From an uncultured bacterium (GTDB taxonomy: Bacteria; Patescibacteriota; Minisyncoccia; Phycocordibacterales; GWA1-40-21), in contig CAIKXE010000005.1 of assembly GCA_903831305.1 (NCBI GenBank), positions 11,288 through 75,287 of the forward strand: DNA of 64,000 nt, given 5' to 3'. The position numbers and the translations under genes were made by a program. Positions 1 through 10,485 of the stretch are shown piece after piece (the first letter of the stretch is position 1; each line of letters opens with the position of its first letter). The notes beneath the pieces were generated by a model. It did no database searches. It saw only the letters and a list, made by a program, of their open reading frames with translations, and was not told the DNA's origin.

Positions 1-2
1 GA

Positions 3-878
3 GACTTTATTGTACCTTCTCGTGTGATGCCTGGTAACTTTTATGCACTGCCACAGTCTCCTCAGCAGTATAAACAACTCCTAATGGCCGCGGGGATGGA
101 AAAGTATTTTCAATTTGCCCGCTGTTATCGTGATGAGGATAGCCGTGGTGACCGCCAGCCGGAGTTCACCCAGATGGATATGGAAATGAGTTTTGTAAAG
201 CGTGAGGATGTGATGGATGTAAATGAGCGTGCCTTGATTGCTTTGGTCCAAAAGTATTATCCAGAAAAGAAAATCCAAGCTATTCCTTTCCCTCGCCTTA
301 CTTATAAGGAAGCTATGGAGAAGTATGGTTGTGATAAGCCGGATATCAGAGAGGATAAAAATAATCCAGATTTGTTAGCTTTCTGCTGGGTGGTAGACTT
401 TCCGATGTTTGAAAAAACAGATAAAGGGGATTGGACTTTTACCCATAACCCATTTTCTTCACCGACACCGGAGAGCATGCCGGATCTGATGGAGAAGAAA
501 AATATTGAGAACATTTTGACTACTCAGTATGACGTGGCTCTTAACGGTTATGAGGTGGGTGGTGGTAGTATCAGAAATCATCGACCAGAGGCCCTGAGGA
601 AGGTGCTAGAAATCATGAACTTCAATGATGAGAAAATCGAGCGGGAATATGGTCATATGTTGAAATCCTTTTCCTTTGGTGTTCCTCCACACGGTGGTAT
701 GGCTTGGGGCTTTGACCGCTTGATGATGCTACTCCAGAATGAACCAAATATTCGCGAGGTGATTGCCTTTGCTAAAACCGGTGAAGGGGCGGATTTGATG
801 ATGCGAGCCCCGGGAATTATCAAGGACGAGCAGTTATTAGAACTAGGTATCAGTGTAAATAAAAAGATTAAGAAATAA
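3..878 (+). CDS. aspS: aspartate--tRNA ligase, C-terminal part (5' end outside window)
   Basis: Frame open from base 3 (DFIVPSR). Motifs FYALPQSPQQYKQLLM, YRDEDSRGDRQPEFTQ and PPHGGMAWGFDRL. Confidence 0.97.
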   Translation, partial: DFIVPSRVMPGNFYALPQSPQQYKQLLMAAGMEKYFQFARCYRDEDSRGDRQPEFTQMDMEMSFVKREDVMDVNERALIALVQKYYPEKKIQAIPFPRLTYKEAMEKYGCDKPDIREDKNNPDLLAFCWVVDFPMFEKTDKGDWTFTHNPFSSPTPESMPDLMEKKNIENILTTQYDVALNGYEVGGGSIRNHRPEALRKVLEIMNFNDEKIEREYGHMLKSFSFGVPPHGGMAWGFDRLMMLLQNEPNIREVIAFAKTGEGADLMMRAPGIIKDEQLLELGISVNKKIKK

Positions 879-903
879 TTGTAAAAAGTGCTACAATAGA
901 TAA

Positions 904-1638
904 ATGCCCGAAAATGTTTTTAAAATAAAAACGGAGGTGTTTGAGGGTCCGTTGGACTTGCTATTAAGCTTGATTGAAAAGCGGAAACTTTTTATCAATG
1001 ATATTGCCCTTTCCAAGGTGGCGGATGACTATATTGCCTATCTCCAGAGTCTGGACAAATTTCCGATCGCAGACAGTGCTGATTTTCTCGTCATCGCCTC
1101 CACCTTACTCTTGATCAAATCACGTTCGCTTTTGCCTAATTTGAGTTTGACTGAGGATGAGCAGAAAGATATCGGTGATCTGGAACGTAGGTTAAAGATA
1201 TATCAGAGGATAAAGGAGCTTTCTATCCATATCAAAAATCAGTTTGGTAAGGAAATTATCTTTACCGCTGAGCCCAGGAAAATGCTTCCAGTTTTTTCTC
1301 CAGATCAAACCATGACCAAGGAGAATTTTTTAACCGCCATCATGTCTGTAATCAAAGCTTTACCTAAGGCTGCGGAAAATATTCCCAAGGCTGTAGTTCG
1401 GAAAGTAGTGAGCCTGGAAGAGATGATTGGTAACCTCACCCAGCGGATTCAGAGTAGCATCAAACTATCCTTCCGCGAGTTTGCTAAAGTTGGCAAAGAA
1501 GAGCGAGTCAATGTTATAATAAGCTTTCTCGCAATGCTAGAATTAGTGAAGCAGGGGATTGTGAACGTCAGACAAAACAACGAGTTTGAGGATATCGAGA
1601 TGGAGACGCAAACCACGGGTTTACCACATTATAATTAA
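904..1638 (+). CDS. scpA: segregation/condensation protein A (kleisin)
   Basis: FEGPLDLLLSLI N-terminus, FLAMLELVKQG C-terminal winged helix, adjacent to scpB. Confidence 0.95.
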   Translation: MPENVFKIKTEVFEGPLDLLLSLIEKRKLFINDIALSKVADDYIAYLQSLDKFPIADSADFLVIASTLLLIKSRSLLPNLSLTEDEQKDIGDLERRLKIYQRIKELSIHIKNQFGKEIIFTAEPRKMLPVFSPDQTMTKENFLTAIMSVIKALPKAAENIPKAVVRKVVSLEEMIGNLTQRIQSSIKLSFREFAKVGKEERVNVIISFLAMLELVKQGIVNVRQNNEFEDIEMETQTTGLPHYN

Positions 1639-1677
1639 TAATACTGATATTTTTATGAAAAATAATAAAATAAATAA

Positions 1678-2304
1678 ATGGAAAATAAAGAATTAACATT
1701 AGACAGTCAGATTGAAGCCATCCTATTTTGGAAAGGGGAGCCACAGTCCATAAAAAAGCTGGCAGGTAATTTAAATAAAACAGAAGAAGAGATTAAAGCT
1801 GGACTAGAGGTGTTAAAAGGGAAAATCACCGGGCGGGGAGTGGAGCTTGTTTTTAATAATGATGAAGTGATGCTCGGCACCGCCTCTAAACTCTCACCAG
1901 TTATTGAGCATTTGACCAAGGAGGAATTGGTACGGGATTTAGGTAAGGCCGGCTTGGAGACTATTTCTATAATTGCTTATAAGGGCCCCGTCTCCCGTGC
2001 AGAGATAGATTATATCCGTGGCGTCCAATCAAATTTTATTTTACGTAATTTGCAGATTCGCGGTCTAGTGGAAAAGATTACTAATGAAAAGGATCACCGC
2101 AGTTTCCTTTATCGTCCCACTTTTGAGCTGTTACAATTCCTGGGCGTATCTAGAATAGAGGACTTACCGGAATATGATAAAGTGAAAGCTGAATTTGAGC
2201 AGAATCTGGCTGATAATAAACCTGTGGAGGTAGAGGCAAAGGTGGAAGTAGATAGCACCTTAGAGGAAGAGCCTGATGCCGAAAGTCTTAATAACAATAT
2301 TTAA
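1678..2304 (+). CDS. scpB: segregation/condensation protein B
   Basis: IEAILF, LETISIIAYKGPVSRAEIDYIRGV, FLQFLG..IEDLP. Confidence 0.95.
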   Translation: MENKELTLDSQIEAILFWKGEPQSIKKLAGNLNKTEEEIKAGLEVLKGKITGRGVELVFNNDEVMLGTASKLSPVIEHLTKEELVRDLGKAGLETISIIAYKGPVSRAEIDYIRGVQSNFILRNLQIRGLVEKITNEKDHRSFLYRPTFELLQFLGVSRIEDLPEYDKVKAEFEQNLADNKPVEVEAKVEVDSTLEEEPDAESLNNNI

Positions 2305-3272
2305 TGCCGTCAGATATTTCAAAAAAAGAAAAGATTTTGGCATTACTGACTGTGTTCGGACTTTTTTCAGCGGTTGGTCTTTTGCTTTTTGCTATTAGTT
2401 ATAATAACAAAGTAAAGACGGATATTCTTAATATTAAGGCCAAGCATAATCAATCCGTAATCACCGCCACAAAAAAACTAGAAGCAGTTCAGTATAATCA
2501 AAGTACCAGCACGGAGTCAGCACTCACAGCCAAGTCATATATCACCGTGGCGGTGGGTGGTGAAAACGTAAAAAAAATATTAGCCGAAAAAAATCCTAAT
2601 CAATTGTTACCAATTGCAAGTATTACCAAGCTTGTGGTAGCGCTTGTAGCTCTAGATAATCTGGATCCTGAGACCAAGATTACCGCTACGCTAGATTATA
2701 TTGGAAAAGAGGAAAGTGCTTTTGTTGTTGAAACAGATAGGACATACACGGTCATGGAGCTCTTATCTAATGCCCTTGTTTCTTCTGACAATGATTCGGC
2801 TCGGCTACTCGCGAGTGCCCTTGGTGAAAACAACTTTATTTCTAAAATGAATGCTAAAGCAGTAGAATTAGGCTTGAACAAGACTCACTATGTGAATGTC
2901 ACTGGCCTGGATCCTCTTGACCAAGCTCAGGGTATAAATGTCTCCACCGTTACAGATCTAGTGAATCTAGTAATCTATATCATGAGAAATAAACCAGGGA
3001 TTTTTGATATAACAGCCAAGACGGAGTATAACTTTTGTGATACGCTAAATTATTGCAAACCGGTACTGAGCACGGATAAGCTTTTGGTGGACACCAGCCT
3101 TCCATATAGAATTATTGGTGGTAAAACCGGTAGCACTGATTTGGCCCAAAAGAATTTGATTTTAGTGACAGAATTAACTGCTGATTTATTTTTAGTAAAT
3201 GTTGTTTTAGGTTCTTCTGATAATTTTATTGATACCAAAGCCCTTATTAGCCAAGTTATAATAAATAATTAA
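2304..3272 (+). CDS. D-alanyl-D-alanine carboxypeptidase (peptidase S11)
   Basis: SxxK (ASITK), SxN (SDN) and KTG (GKTG) motifs plus an N-terminal TM helix. Confidence 0.9.
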   Translation: MPSDISKKEKILALLTVFGLFSAVGLLLFAISYNNKVKTDILNIKAKHNQSVITATKKLEAVQYNQSTSTESALTAKSYITVAVGGENVKKILAEKNPNQLLPIASITKLVVALVALDNLDPETKITATLDYIGKEESAFVVETDRTYTVMELLSNALVSSDNDSARLLASALGENNFISKMNAKAVELGLNKTHYVNVTGLDPLDQAQGINVSTVTDLVNLVIYIMRNKPGIFDITAKTEYNFCDTLNYCKPVLSTDKLLVDTSLPYRIIGGKTGSTDLAQKNLILVTELTADLFLVNVVLGSSDNFIDTKALISQVIINN

Positions 3273-4319
3273 ATGGATATAGTAAAAATCTTTGTTCCTA
3301 CCACCATAGCCTTTATCATCGGTATTCTCATCACCCCAATCCTCAGTGGTTATTTATACCGAAATAAAATGTGGAAGAAAAAGAGTGTGGTGGTAGCCAC
3401 GGATGGTGGAGTAGCCACCCTGACTCAGAAGCTTCACAATGATGAGGAAAAGAAAACTCCGCGCATGGGTGGAATATTGATTTGGCTATCCGCCCTTATC
3501 ACCATCGCTATTTTCTTTTTTGCCTCTATGTTTGATGGCCCTACTTTAGCTAAATTAAACTTTCTCAGTCGTAATCAGACCTGGTTACCACTCTTTACTC
3601 TGATTCTTGGTGCTTTAGTGGGCCTGGTGGATGATTACTTTAGTGTCACCGAGCGTTATGATCAAAAGGCCGGTGGTTTATCCTCCAAAAAGAGACTGTT
3701 GGCAGTTTTTATCATCTCGCTCATCGGCGCCTGGTGGTTTTATAGTAAACTAGAAGTGACTGAAATTATTATTCCTTTTGTGGGTATTTGGGATGCGGGT
3801 TTCCTCTTTATTTTCTTTTTTATTATTGTAATGCTCGGTACCTATTCCGGTGGGGTAATAGATGGTTTAGATGGTCTCTCGGGCGGGGTCTTCAGTATCA
3901 TTTTTAGCGCTTATGGGGCGATTGCTTTTCTAGGTAATCAGATTGACCTAGCGGCTTTTTGTTTTGTTCTAGTTGGTGGCCTTTTGGCTTTTCTCTGGTT
4001 CAATATTCCACCCGCCCGCTTTTATATGTCGGAGACGGGGACCATGTCCCTCACTATCACCCTGGTGGTGGTGGCTTTCCTCACCAAACAAGTCCTGATT
4101 CTCCCTATCATCGCTTTTCCTCTAGTCGTTTCTTCTGGCTCAAGCATTATTCAGCTTTTATCTAAAAAGTTTCGTAATGGCAAGAAAGTTTTCCTCGTTG
4201 CCCCACTGCACCACCATTTCCAAGCCCTGGGTTGGCCCGCCACTAAAGTAGTGATGCGTTACTGGGTCGCTGGCATCATCTTCGCCGCCCTCGGTATCAT
4301 CATCGCCTTGATTGGATAA
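3273..4319 (+). CDS. mraY: phospho-N-acetylmuramoyl-pentapeptide transferase
   Basis: TPRMGG, DGLDGL, APLHHHF; multi-pass membrane protein. Confidence 0.95.
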   Translation: MDIVKIFVPTTIAFIIGILITPILSGYLYRNKMWKKKSVVVATDGGVATLTQKLHNDEEKKTPRMGGILIWLSALITIAIFFFASMFDGPTLAKLNFLSRNQTWLPLFTLILGALVGLVDDYFSVTERYDQKAGGLSSKKRLLAVFIISLIGAWWFYSKLEVTEIIIPFVGIWDAGFLFIFFFIIVMLGTYSGGVIDGLDGLSGGVFSIIFSAYGAIAFLGNQIDLAAFCFVLVGGLLAFLWFNIPPARFYMSETGTMSLTITLVVVAFLTKQVLILPIIAFPLVVSSGSSIIQLLSKKFRNGKKVFLVAPLHHHFQALGWPATKVVMRYWVAGIIFAALGIIIALIG

Positions 4320-4322
4320 TTT

Positions 4323-5426
4323 ATGCCGAAAAAAGTAGATAAAACATTTTTAATTTCGTTTTTTGCCCTACTCATCAGTGGCTTGGTGATTTTTATTTCT
4401 GCCTCGCTCGGTATTTATGCCCGGGACAATGCCAAGTTTACTTCTATCATCTTTAGTCAAATTTTCATCGGACTTTTTATGGGGCTTATTGCTTGCTTTA
4501 TCGTTTCCAAAATCAATTATAGGTACTGGCGTAAATTTTCCTTTTATATTTTCTTATTGTCAGTTGGCGCCACCCTCTTGGTCTTTATCCCAGGTGTTGG
4601 TGTTTCCCACGGTGGAGCTACTCGCTGGATTTATATTGGTAATATGTCTTTCCAACCATTAGAGCTTCTGAAAATTGGCTACATTATTTATTGGGCAGCG
4701 TGGATCGGTGAGGTAAAAGAGAGAATCCAAACTATTCGTTGGGGGCTTTTACCTTTTATGATTATTACCGGTATCGTCGGTGTGGTACTACTCTTACAGC
4801 CAGACACGGATTCATTTGTTATTATTTTTTCAGTCGGCTTGGGTATGTATCTGGTAGGGGGTGGTAAGTGGCGTCATATCTTTTCCATTATCATTATCGG
4901 CTTCATCGGTGTCTCCGCGCTCTTTTTTATGCGTCCATACTTACTGGACCGGTTGATGACCTTTATCAACCCGGCTGATAATCCACTCACCTCTGGTTAT
5001 CAGATCCAGCAGTCACTCATCGCCGTGGGTTCCGGTGAATTATTTGGCCGAGGCTTGGGCCAAAGCATCCAGAAATTTAAATATCTGCCAGAGTCCATCG
5101 GTGACGCCATCTTTCCCATTGCGGCTGAGGAGTTTGGCTTTATTGGGGGTATTATTATTATTTTTCTCTTTCTTTTTTTTATTTCTCAAGGGCTCAAAAT
5201 CGGCGGGGGAGCACCAGACTCATTTAGTGGACTTTTAGTCATCGGAATTGCTATACTTATAACCATCCAGTCATTTATAAACATTGCCTCAATGATTGGC
5301 GTCATACCGCTTTCAGGCTCACCTTTGATCTTCTTTAGCCAGGGGGGGACTGCCTTGTTTTTTACCTTGGCGGAAATAGGTATGATTATAAATGTATCCA
5401 GAAGTAAAAAATTATTAACTAGCTAA
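4323..5426 (+). CDS. ftsW: SEDS peptidoglycan polymerase FtsW/RodA
   Basis: GATRWI, FQPLELLK, GYQIQQSLIAVGSG, AEEFG; lies between mraY and murG. Confidence 0.9.
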   Translation: MPKKVDKTFLISFFALLISGLVIFISASLGIYARDNAKFTSIIFSQIFIGLFMGLIACFIVSKINYRYWRKFSFYIFLLSVGATLLVFIPGVGVSHGGATRWIYIGNMSFQPLELLKIGYIIYWAAWIGEVKERIQTIRWGLLPFMIITGIVGVVLLLQPDTDSFVIIFSVGLGMYLVGGGKWRHIFSIIIIGFIGVSALFFMRPYLLDRLMTFINPADNPLTSGYQIQQSLIAVGSGELFGRGLGQSIQKFKYLPESIGDAIFPIAAEEFGFIGGIIIIFLFLFFISQGLKIGGGAPDSFSGLLVIGIAILITIQSFINIASMIGVIPLSGSPLIFFSQGGTALFFTLAEIGMIINVSRSKKLLTS

Positions 5427-5440
5427 TTTAATATTATCAG

Positions 5441-6571
5441 ATGAAAATATTATTGACCGGTGGGGGATCAGGGGGACACTTTTATCCGCTTATTGCCGTA
5501 GCCGAGGCGATAAATGATATCAGTAAAAAGGAAAACCTCGTTTCCGCTGATTTGTATTTTATGTCTGATAGTTCTTATGATGCTGAGGCTTTGATAGAAA
5601 ATAATATTACTTTTATCTCCATCCCCGCCGGTAAAATCAGGCGTTATGCTTCTATCTTAAACTTTTTTGATATTTTTAAAACTATCTACGGCTCACTTGT
5701 AGCCCTAAAAAAGGTTTTCAGCCTTTACCCAGATGTCATCTTTAGCAAAGGCGCTTATGCCAGTTTCCCTGTTTTGTTGGCGGCCAGATTATTACGAATC
5801 CCGGTGATTATCCATGAATCAGACAGTGTACCTGGTAAAACGAACCTTTGGGCGTCTAAATTTGCTAGAAAAATAGCTATTTCCTATCCAGATTCGGCTA
5901 AATATTTTGCCCAGGCAGATAAAGTAGCCTATACCGGTAATCCTTTGAGGAAATCTGTTCTAAATATCAGCCGGTCTGGGGCACATGAATTTTTTGGTTT
6001 AGAGAAAAGTATACCCACTATTTTAATTATCGGTGGGTCACTTGGGGCCAGATTGATCAATGAGCGCATCCTAGATGCCCTGCCAAAGCTCATTGAACGT
6101 TATCAGATCATCCACCAAACCGGTAAGGCCAACGTAAAAGAAGTATCCGAGACTTCTAAAATTATCATCGGTGAAAATACCAATAAAGAGCGTTACCATA
6201 TTTTTGATTATCTTAATGATTTGAATCTGACCATGGCGGCCGGTGCCGCTGATCTGATTATTTCTCGAGCGGGTTCCACTATCTTTGAGATAGCCTCTTG
6301 GGGTATACCCAGTATTGTCATTCCAATCACGGAGACAAATGGTGATCATCAACGCATAAATGCCTATGCTTTTGCCAGAAGTGGAGCTTCCTCAGTAGTA
6401 GAAGAGGCTAATTTGACCACCAATGTCCTGATTACGGAGATTGACCGCGTTTTACAAGATCAAGCCCTCCGTGACCGGATGTCCACCGCGGCCAAGAGCT
6501 TTACCCACCCGGATGCTGCTACCAAGATTGCCCAAGAGCTTATCAATATTGCCTTAACCCACGAAGAATAA
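5441..6571 (+). CDS. murG: lipid II GlcNAc transferase
   Basis: GGGSGGH, HESDSVPG, GGSLGA, ADLIISRAGS, HQRINA. Confidence 0.95.
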   Translation: MKILLTGGGSGGHFYPLIAVAEAINDISKKENLVSADLYFMSDSSYDAEALIENNITFISIPAGKIRRYASILNFFDIFKTIYGSLVALKKVFSLYPDVIFSKGAYASFPVLLAARLLRIPVIIHESDSVPGKTNLWASKFARKIAISYPDSAKYFAQADKVAYTGNPLRKSVLNISRSGAHEFFGLEKSIPTILIIGGSLGARLINERILDALPKLIERYQIIHQTGKANVKEVSETSKIIIGENTNKERYHIFDYLNDLNLTMAAGAADLIISRAGSTIFEIASWGIPSIVIPITETNGDHQRINAYAFARSGASSVVEEANLTTNVLITEIDRVLQDQALRDRMSTAAKSFTHPDAATKIAQELINIALTHEE

Positions 6572-6572
6572 A

Positions 6573-7925
6573 ATGTCTGAAAATATCCCAAGTAAAATAA
6601 TTACTAGATTTCCACCAAGCCCCACTGGCTGGTTTCATATTGGTAATGCCCGTACCGCTTTATTTAATTATTTTTTCACCAAAAAAAATAACGGCACATT
6701 AAAATTCAGACTGGAAGATACTGATAGAGAGAGATCAAAACCAGAATATGCTGATGATATTGTGAGCGGACTAAAATGGCTTGGTGTAGATATTGATTAT
6801 ACGAATCCCTATAAGCAGTCTGAAAATGGTGACAAATACAAAAAATATTTAGACTTAATGCTTAAGAACGGCTCGGCTTATATTTCTCAGGAAGAGGTAA
6901 AGGAAGAAGGGCAGAGGGCTGAGGTGATTCGTATTAAAAACCAAAATAAAAAGATAAAATACATTGACATTATCCGCGGGGAGATTGAGGTAGACACCAC
7001 TGAGCTTGAGGACTTTGTTATTGCTAAAAGTGTGACTGAGCCACTTTACCATCTTGCCGTGGTGGTGGATGATTTTGAGATGGGTGTCACTCATGTGATT
7101 CGCGGTGAAGATGGTATTTACAATACCCCAAGGCAGATCCTGATTCAGGAGGCTATTGGTGCACCAAGACCTATCTATGCCCATATGCCGTTTATATTAA
7201 ATGAGGATCGATCAAAACTGTCCAAACGTAAGCAGGGTGAATTAGTCTCTCTCACTTATTATCGTAATGCCGGCTACTTACCGGAAGCGATGGTGAATTT
7301 TTTGGCCTTCTGTGGCTGGAATCCTGGTGGAGAACAAGAGATACTTTCCATGACCGAGCTCATTGAAAAGTTTGACATTATGAAAGTCCAAAAATCGGGA
7401 GCTATCTTTAATAAAGAAAAACTACTCTGGTTTAATAAGGAATATATCAAAAGGCTACCAGCCGAGAGACTAGAGAGAGAAATTACCGCTAGATTGGATA
7501 AGAAATACACCTACACCAAAGAGCTGTTAAATAAAATAATCCATATCATCACCGAGCGCATAAACACTTTTGGTGAATTAGAAAAATATGTGGAAACAGG
7601 GGAGTTTGATTACTTTTTTATTGCCCCTAAGCCAGTGAAAGAAATGCTGATTTGGAAAAAAGATACTAACTTTTCTATTCCTAAAAATAATTTAAAGAAG
7701 GTTCTAGAAATGATCAAGGATATTTCTGAAGCTGATTTTACTGAGGAAAAACTCAAGACCATTTTAATGCCCAAGGCGGAGGAACTCGGAAAGGGGAGTG
7801 TGCTCTGGCCTCTGCGGGTGGCCCTCTCCGGCCGGGACAGGTCCCCTGACCCTTTTACCTTACTTTCTATCCTCGGTAGGGCAGAGTCACTCACTAGAAT
7901 TCAAACAGCCATAAATCTGCTATAA
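6573..7925 (+). CDS. gltX: glutamate--tRNA ligase
   Basis: RFPPSPTG, HIGN, VVVDD..MGVTHVIRGED, KLSKR. Confidence 0.95.
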   Translation: MSENIPSKIITRFPPSPTGWFHIGNARTALFNYFFTKKNNGTLKFRLEDTDRERSKPEYADDIVSGLKWLGVDIDYTNPYKQSENGDKYKKYLDLMLKNGSAYISQEEVKEEGQRAEVIRIKNQNKKIKYIDIIRGEIEVDTTELEDFVIAKSVTEPLYHLAVVVDDFEMGVTHVIRGEDGIYNTPRQILIQEAIGAPRPIYAHMPFILNEDRSKLSKRKQGELVSLTYYRNAGYLPEAMVNFLAFCGWNPGGEQEILSMTELIEKFDIMKVQKSGAIFNKEKLLWFNKEYIKRLPAERLEREITARLDKKYTYTKELLNKIIHIITERINTFGELEKYVETGEFDYFFIAPKPVKEMLIWKKDTNFSIPKNNLKKVLEMIKDISEADFTEEKLKTILMPKAEELGKGSVLWPLRVALSGRDRSPDPFTLLSILGRAESLTRIQTAINLL

Positions 7926-7933
7926 TATATAGC

Positions 7934-9208
7934 ATGCTCCGCAAAGTTTATAGTTATAGCATTTTACTTTCTATTTTTTTCGGTATTTTTATTTGTGCTG
8001 TTTTTGTGACTCAAGCTGAGACCATTGATCAGATTCAGGATAAAATCGATACTGCCAATAAAAATCGTGCCGCCCTAGAAAAAGAGATTGCCAAATATCA
8101 GGATCAGCTTAAAACTATAAGTAGCCAAGCGGTGACTCTGCAGAGTACTATCAAGTCACTAGATGTGTCTACTAGTAAAATCACTACTGAAGTAAAACTG
8201 GTAGAAAATAATATTGATAAAACCGCCTATACTATAGAAGACACTGGGCTAGAAATAAAAAATAGGGAAAAACAAATCTACATGGGCAATCTAGCTATTA
8301 TTGAGGATTTGAAGCTGATCAATGAGGCGGATAACCAAAGTGTTTTAGAAATATTGCTATCAAATCAAGACCTATCAGCCTTCTGGACTGATATGGAGGA
8401 TATTATTCAAGTACAGTCTAAAATAGGTGATCAAGTCAGTAATGTAAAAAATATTAAAGTTAATTTAGAAAAGGCAAAAGCAAATTTAGTACAAAAGAAA
8501 AATGAACTTGAGCAATACAATAAAGAGCTAAATGATAAAAAATCAGTATTGCAATCCACCAAAAAAGAAAAAAGCACTTTACTTACAGCTACTAAGAGTA
8601 CCGAGGCTAACTATCAAAAAATTCTTAAAGACAAACTGGCACTAAAACAAGCCTTGGATCAGGAAATAAACAGCTTTGAGTCCCAGCTTAAAATGATCAT
8701 TGATCCCAAGAGCTTTCCACCGGCTGGCAAAGGGATCCTAGCTTGGCCGCTGGATAACATTTTTATTACTCAAAATTTTGGTAAAACCACTGATTCTGGG
8801 CGTTTATATGTGAGTGGCACACATAACGGTGTAGACTTTAGAGCCTCCATCGGTACCGCCGTCAAATCCGCTGGCAATGGGGTGGTTGAGGGGACAGGGA
8901 ACACTGACACGGTTTGTCCGGGCGCCTCCTATGGCAAGTGGGTCTTTATTCGTTATGATAATGGTCTAGCGAGCGTTTATGGTCACTTCTCAGTTGTCTC
9001 TGCTAAGGCTGGCGACCGAGTCAAGACTGGTGACGTAGTCGGCTATTCAGGTAATACTGGTTACTCCACTGGTCCACATTTACATATGGGAGTCTATGCT
9101 GGTCAAGGAGTAAAGATCTCGTCACTTAAAAGCACCGTCTGCAAGGGAACCTACACCATACCGGTAGCTGACCTCAAGGCCTATCTGGATCCGCTAGTTT
9201 ACCTTTAG
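7934..9208 (+). CDS. coiled-coil M23 family murein endopeptidase
   Basis: Signal/TM segment, long coiled coil, HNGVDF and TGPHLH M23 zinc motifs. Confidence 0.9.
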   Translation: MLRKVYSYSILLSIFFGIFICAVFVTQAETIDQIQDKIDTANKNRAALEKEIAKYQDQLKTISSQAVTLQSTIKSLDVSTSKITTEVKLVENNIDKTAYTIEDTGLEIKNREKQIYMGNLAIIEDLKLINEADNQSVLEILLSNQDLSAFWTDMEDIIQVQSKIGDQVSNVKNIKVNLEKAKANLVQKKNELEQYNKELNDKKSVLQSTKKEKSTLLTATKSTEANYQKILKDKLALKQALDQEINSFESQLKMIIDPKSFPPAGKGILAWPLDNIFITQNFGKTTDSGRLYVSGTHNGVDFRASIGTAVKSAGNGVVEGTGNTDTVCPGASYGKWVFIRYDNGLASVYGHFSVVSAKAGDRVKTGDVVGYSGNTGYSTGPHLHMGVYAGQGVKISSLKSTVCKGTYTIPVADLKAYLDPLVYL

Positions 9209-9251
9209 ACCTATATAATTTTTTATTTAAAAGATGTATAATAAAACAGAT

Positions 9252-9509
9252 ATGAAAAAATTTAAAAACAGGCAAGGTGGATTAGTAAAACTAATCATCC
9301 TAGTGATCATAGCGATCGCTGTTTTGAGCTACTATGGGGTGGACATCAAAGAATTTGTAACCTCACCTCAGGTTCAAAAGAATTTTGGCTATGTCGGAAA
9401 CTTTATCAAAGGAATCTGGAGTGATTACTTAGCTAGTCCAGCCGGCAAGGTGTGGGACCTATGGCAAGGCTATGTTTGGACTCCGCTTATAAATATTTTA
9501 AATAAATAA
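9252..9509 (+). CDS. small membrane protein with pilin-like N-terminus
   Basis: MKKFKNRQGG followed by a hydrophobic helix. Start moved to the ATG after TATAAT (9237-9242). Confidence 0.7.
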   Translation: MKKFKNRQGGLVKLIILVIIAIAVLSYYGVDIKEFVTSPQVQKNFGYVGNFIKGIWSDYLASPAGKVWDLWQGYVWTPLINILNK

Positions 9510-9513
9510 ATTT

Positions 9514-9615
9514 ATGCCACCACCAGATGATAATCTTTTAGATATTTTTGGATTTCTAGATGTTTTATTTATAATAATTCTCATTGCCCTTTTCCTCTGG
9601 CAATTTTTTACCTGA
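9514..9615 (+). CDS. putative 33-aa single-TM protein (not in ORF track)
   Basis: Hand translation MPPPDDNLLDIFGFLDVLFIIILIALFLWQFFT*; starts 4 nt after the previous stop. Confidence 0.4.
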   Translation: MPPPDDNLLDIFGFLDVLFIIILIALFLWQFFT

Positions 9616-9740
9616 TCACTAGGGGAGTACTCACTATACTATTCTGGCTATATATTACGTATATAGTGTGTGGAAGATATATTGTGCGACATGGTATTGC
9701 CCGTAAAGCCTTTATCCCCTAACTAATAAGTAGTATGCAC

Positions 9741-9778
9741 AAACAAAAAGCTCACCAGTGATGGTGAGCTTTTTGTTT
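9741..9778. terminator. bidirectional intrinsic terminator
   Basis: aaacaaaaagctcacca-gtga-tggtgagctttttgttt between convergent genes. Confidence 0.85.
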
Positions 9779-9782
9779 AATA

Positions 9783-10208
9783 TTATTTTCCTCTCCAACA
9801 TTTAGCTGAGGCACTCCAAGGCTGTGTTCCCTCCTTGTTATACAGGTACTTGGCATAAGCCAGGTTACCATCAACAGTCGTTAGATCAAAACCAAGGTCC
9901 TCTGCCTTCTCACCGTGATAGTATTCATTCACCTGTAAGAGACCGAGATCAGATTTATTGACCTTACCACGTAGGACATCGCCATCCTCGCCATACTGTC
10001 TAAAGCTAGACTCACAACTGGCTATCTCAGCCAAAATCGGAGTTTCTATAAAATATGCCCTCACATAGTCCTCTAGAGTTACCGGATTCTCTACCGGTTG
10101 TCTCTTATGAGTGTTTGCACTATTTTCTACGTCCTGGGCAATGGCCGTACTTGGCCCACCATATATAGACGATGCTAAGAAAAAAATTGCCGTTGTTAAT
10201 TCAATCAT
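9783..10208 (-). CDS. secreted lytic transglycosylase-like (lysozyme-fold) protein
   Basis: IASCESSF (catalytic E), GLLQVN, NLAYAKYLY..EGTQPW. Confidence 0.8.
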   Translation of the reverse strand: MIELTTAIFFLASSIYGGPSTAIAQDVENSANTHKRQPVENPVTLEDYVRAYFIETPILAEIASCESSFRQYGEDGDVLRGKVNKSDLGLLQVNEYYHGEKAEDLGFDLTTVDGNLAYAKYLYNKEGTQPWSASAKCWRGK

Positions 10209-10339
10209 AATTTTTTAATACTTCCCCGTTTTAATTGTAAATTTACACCTCGAGCGGAAAAGTATTTATCCTTTTACCTTTCAGAGACCACCATGACCCC
10301 TAATAAAGTAAAAATCAGAGCTCTCCTCTGACTTCCTAT

Positions 10340-10368
10340 ATACTAGCACTTTTTAGTTTTCTTGTCAA
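10340..10368 (-). promoter_or_regulatory. sigma70-type promoter of transglycosylase gene
   Basis: TTGACA-17-TAGTAT with extended TG on the minus strand. Confidence 0.75.
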
Positions 10369-10485
10369 GCATTTAACACACAAAAATGACCTAGTCAAAC
10401 AACAAAATAGGCCTTAAAATAAGGCTTATTTCCTTGACAGGCCTTCAATAAAGTGGAGCAGAATATTAGCGGTTTTTACCCTAAA

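Noticed and set aside
10209-10335. Assignment as c-di-AMP (ydaO) riboswitch
   Set aside because: Context fits but the consensus segments are not recognisable; kept only as an unassigned leader.
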